A stretch of DNA of 34,712 bases from the NCBI GenBank assembly GCA_011109175.1, contig RDEW01000153.1, positions 1-34,712 on the forward strand, read 5' to 3'. The position numbers and the translations under genes were made by a program. Under the pieces are notes generated by a model. The model worked only from the letters and a program-made list of their open reading frames with translations. It made no database searches and was not told the DNA's origin. This DNA is from Dicyema japonicum. Lineage: Eukaryota; Animalia; Dicyemida. Of the stretch, positions 33,692 to 34,712 are shown piece by piece. How positions within the stretch are numbered: position 1 is the stretch's first letter; every line of letters begins with the position of its first letter.

Positions 33692-33764
33692 TATTTCTAA
33701 GTGCACTGATTATCACGTTCGCCTAACACGCGAAAGTTTCTTGGTTCAAATCCCAGTCTGAGTA
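33692..33764 (+). pseudogene. tRNA-Val(AAC)-derived pseudogene
   Basis: 73 nt. TTATCACGTTCGCCTAACACGCGAAAG matches canonical eukaryotic tRNA-Val(AAC) with a perfect anticodon stem TTCGC/GCGAA. B-box-like GGTTCAAATCC and a downstream T5 are present. The acceptor stem does not pair and the T-stem has a mismatch. Confidence 0.8.
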
Positions 33765-33877
33765 ATTTTTCAACATTTTCATATATTGAAATTTTATTGT
33801 TTCCATACTTTTGTGAATAATGTCATTTTTTCAATCGTTTTTAAAAACAAAAATATTTAAAAACAATTATATTCTTT

Positions 33878-34140
33878 GCTGACGGCAACGCATTCTCCAG
33901 AGACGCAGCCGACCAAGCGGAGCCCAAAAAGATCCGTAAATATGAATCCCTTGACCAATACCATTTCACCCCCATTGCTGTAGATACAATTTGAACCGTG
34001 GGTGCGAAGACGGACGCCTTTCTTTTTTAATATTGGAAGAAAACTCGCCTCAAAAAGTGTGAACCACGGGAGAAGCTCTAATTGAGGCAGAGGCTCGAAA
34101 TGGCGATTATCAGAGGCGGCAACAGTAGAAGGAAAATGTC
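33878..34140 (+). mobile_element. Decayed CRE-like RLE 3' fragment
   Basis: AADQAEPKKIRKYESLDQYHFTPIAVDTI*TVG...NIGRKLA. Confidence 0.75.
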
Positions 34141-34289
34141 GAAGGGCAGCCCATGTATCACACTCCAAGAAAAGTCAATCCGTTCTCTGAAACCTGAGTT
34201 CAGTGTCGGGCGAAGACCAAGGTTTAGCTAAGCTGAGAACTAAGTAAATCCGAAATTACAACCCATGTAACACCACAACAGGCAAAGTT

Positions 34290-34712
34290 TAATTTTATTT
34301 TTTTTATTTACCCCCAACTGCATTCAAGTGGAGGAAATCAGTTGCTTAAAAAACGTGACTACTAATGACGGACGTTTCCAGAGATCCCAAAAGTTGATCC
34401 CATGGGGGAAGTACCAGAAGGCGGGAGAGGACACGAGAAAAGGTGATCTGTTCGTGGTTATCATGTGTACATAATGGTATGTCAGGTTTATCTCAATATC
34501 ACAAGGAAAAGAACATTCGCAAAAGATCGATGCGCGGTGGAGGACGACCAAGAACTTAAACTCAAGTCTTCAGATCGCATTCTTAGACGCCCAGTCGTGT
34601 AATTAGAAGAGGAATTTTATCATGAGCATTGGTTCCAGGTTAAACTGACGACGGTCAGTTGTAAACGGAAGAATTTAATAGATTATGGTATTTAGGTGTT
34701 CTTGAAGGAATG
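34290..34712 (-). mobile_element. Vingi-like LINE 3' end, running off the window
   Basis: VLGRPPRID...; DLWKRPSLVVTFFKQLISST*; terminal hairpin followed by GGGGGTAAATAAAAAAAATAAAA tail. Confidence 0.75.

Noticed and set aside
33857-34168. 103-aa minus-strand ORF
   Set aside because: It is the antisense of a plus-strand CRE RLE remnant.
1-34712. Prokaryotic systems (CRISPR arrays, operons, defence islands)
   Set aside because: The sequence is eukaryotic, with spliceosomal introns and LINEs, and no repeat-spacer array or operon structure was seen.

Overview
AT-rich eukaryotic genomic DNA from a gene-poor, retrotransposon-dense scaffold. It has one 937-nt N gap and seven single-N joins, several of which sit beside duplicated sequence. 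The host uses very short (20-33 nt) GT-AG introns, which suggests a highly reduced parasite genome. Dicyemids and ascetosporeans are examples of such lineages, but the taxon cannot be fixed from this window. Host genes recovered by manual splicing: (1) TRM8/METTL1 tRNA m7G46 methyltransferase, whose last exon is replaced in frame by the 3' end of a CRE retrotransposon; (2) an intact 5-exon, 364-aa selenophosphate synthetase (SelD/SPS) homologue that has lost almost all catalytic residues; (3) a frameshifted HtrL/YibB-family type II membrane protein; (4) an intron-retaining RPS26 pseudogene; (5) a degenerate tRNA-Val(AAC). Much of the rest is decayed non-LTR retrotransposons of four groups: R4-like (RT+RLE), CRE-like (RLE), RTE (APE+RT) and Ingi/Vingi-like (APE+RT). 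One near-full Vingi-like copy carries a 2A StopGo peptide. All TE copies are disrupted. Family calls come from recognising motifs by eye; no database searches were run.
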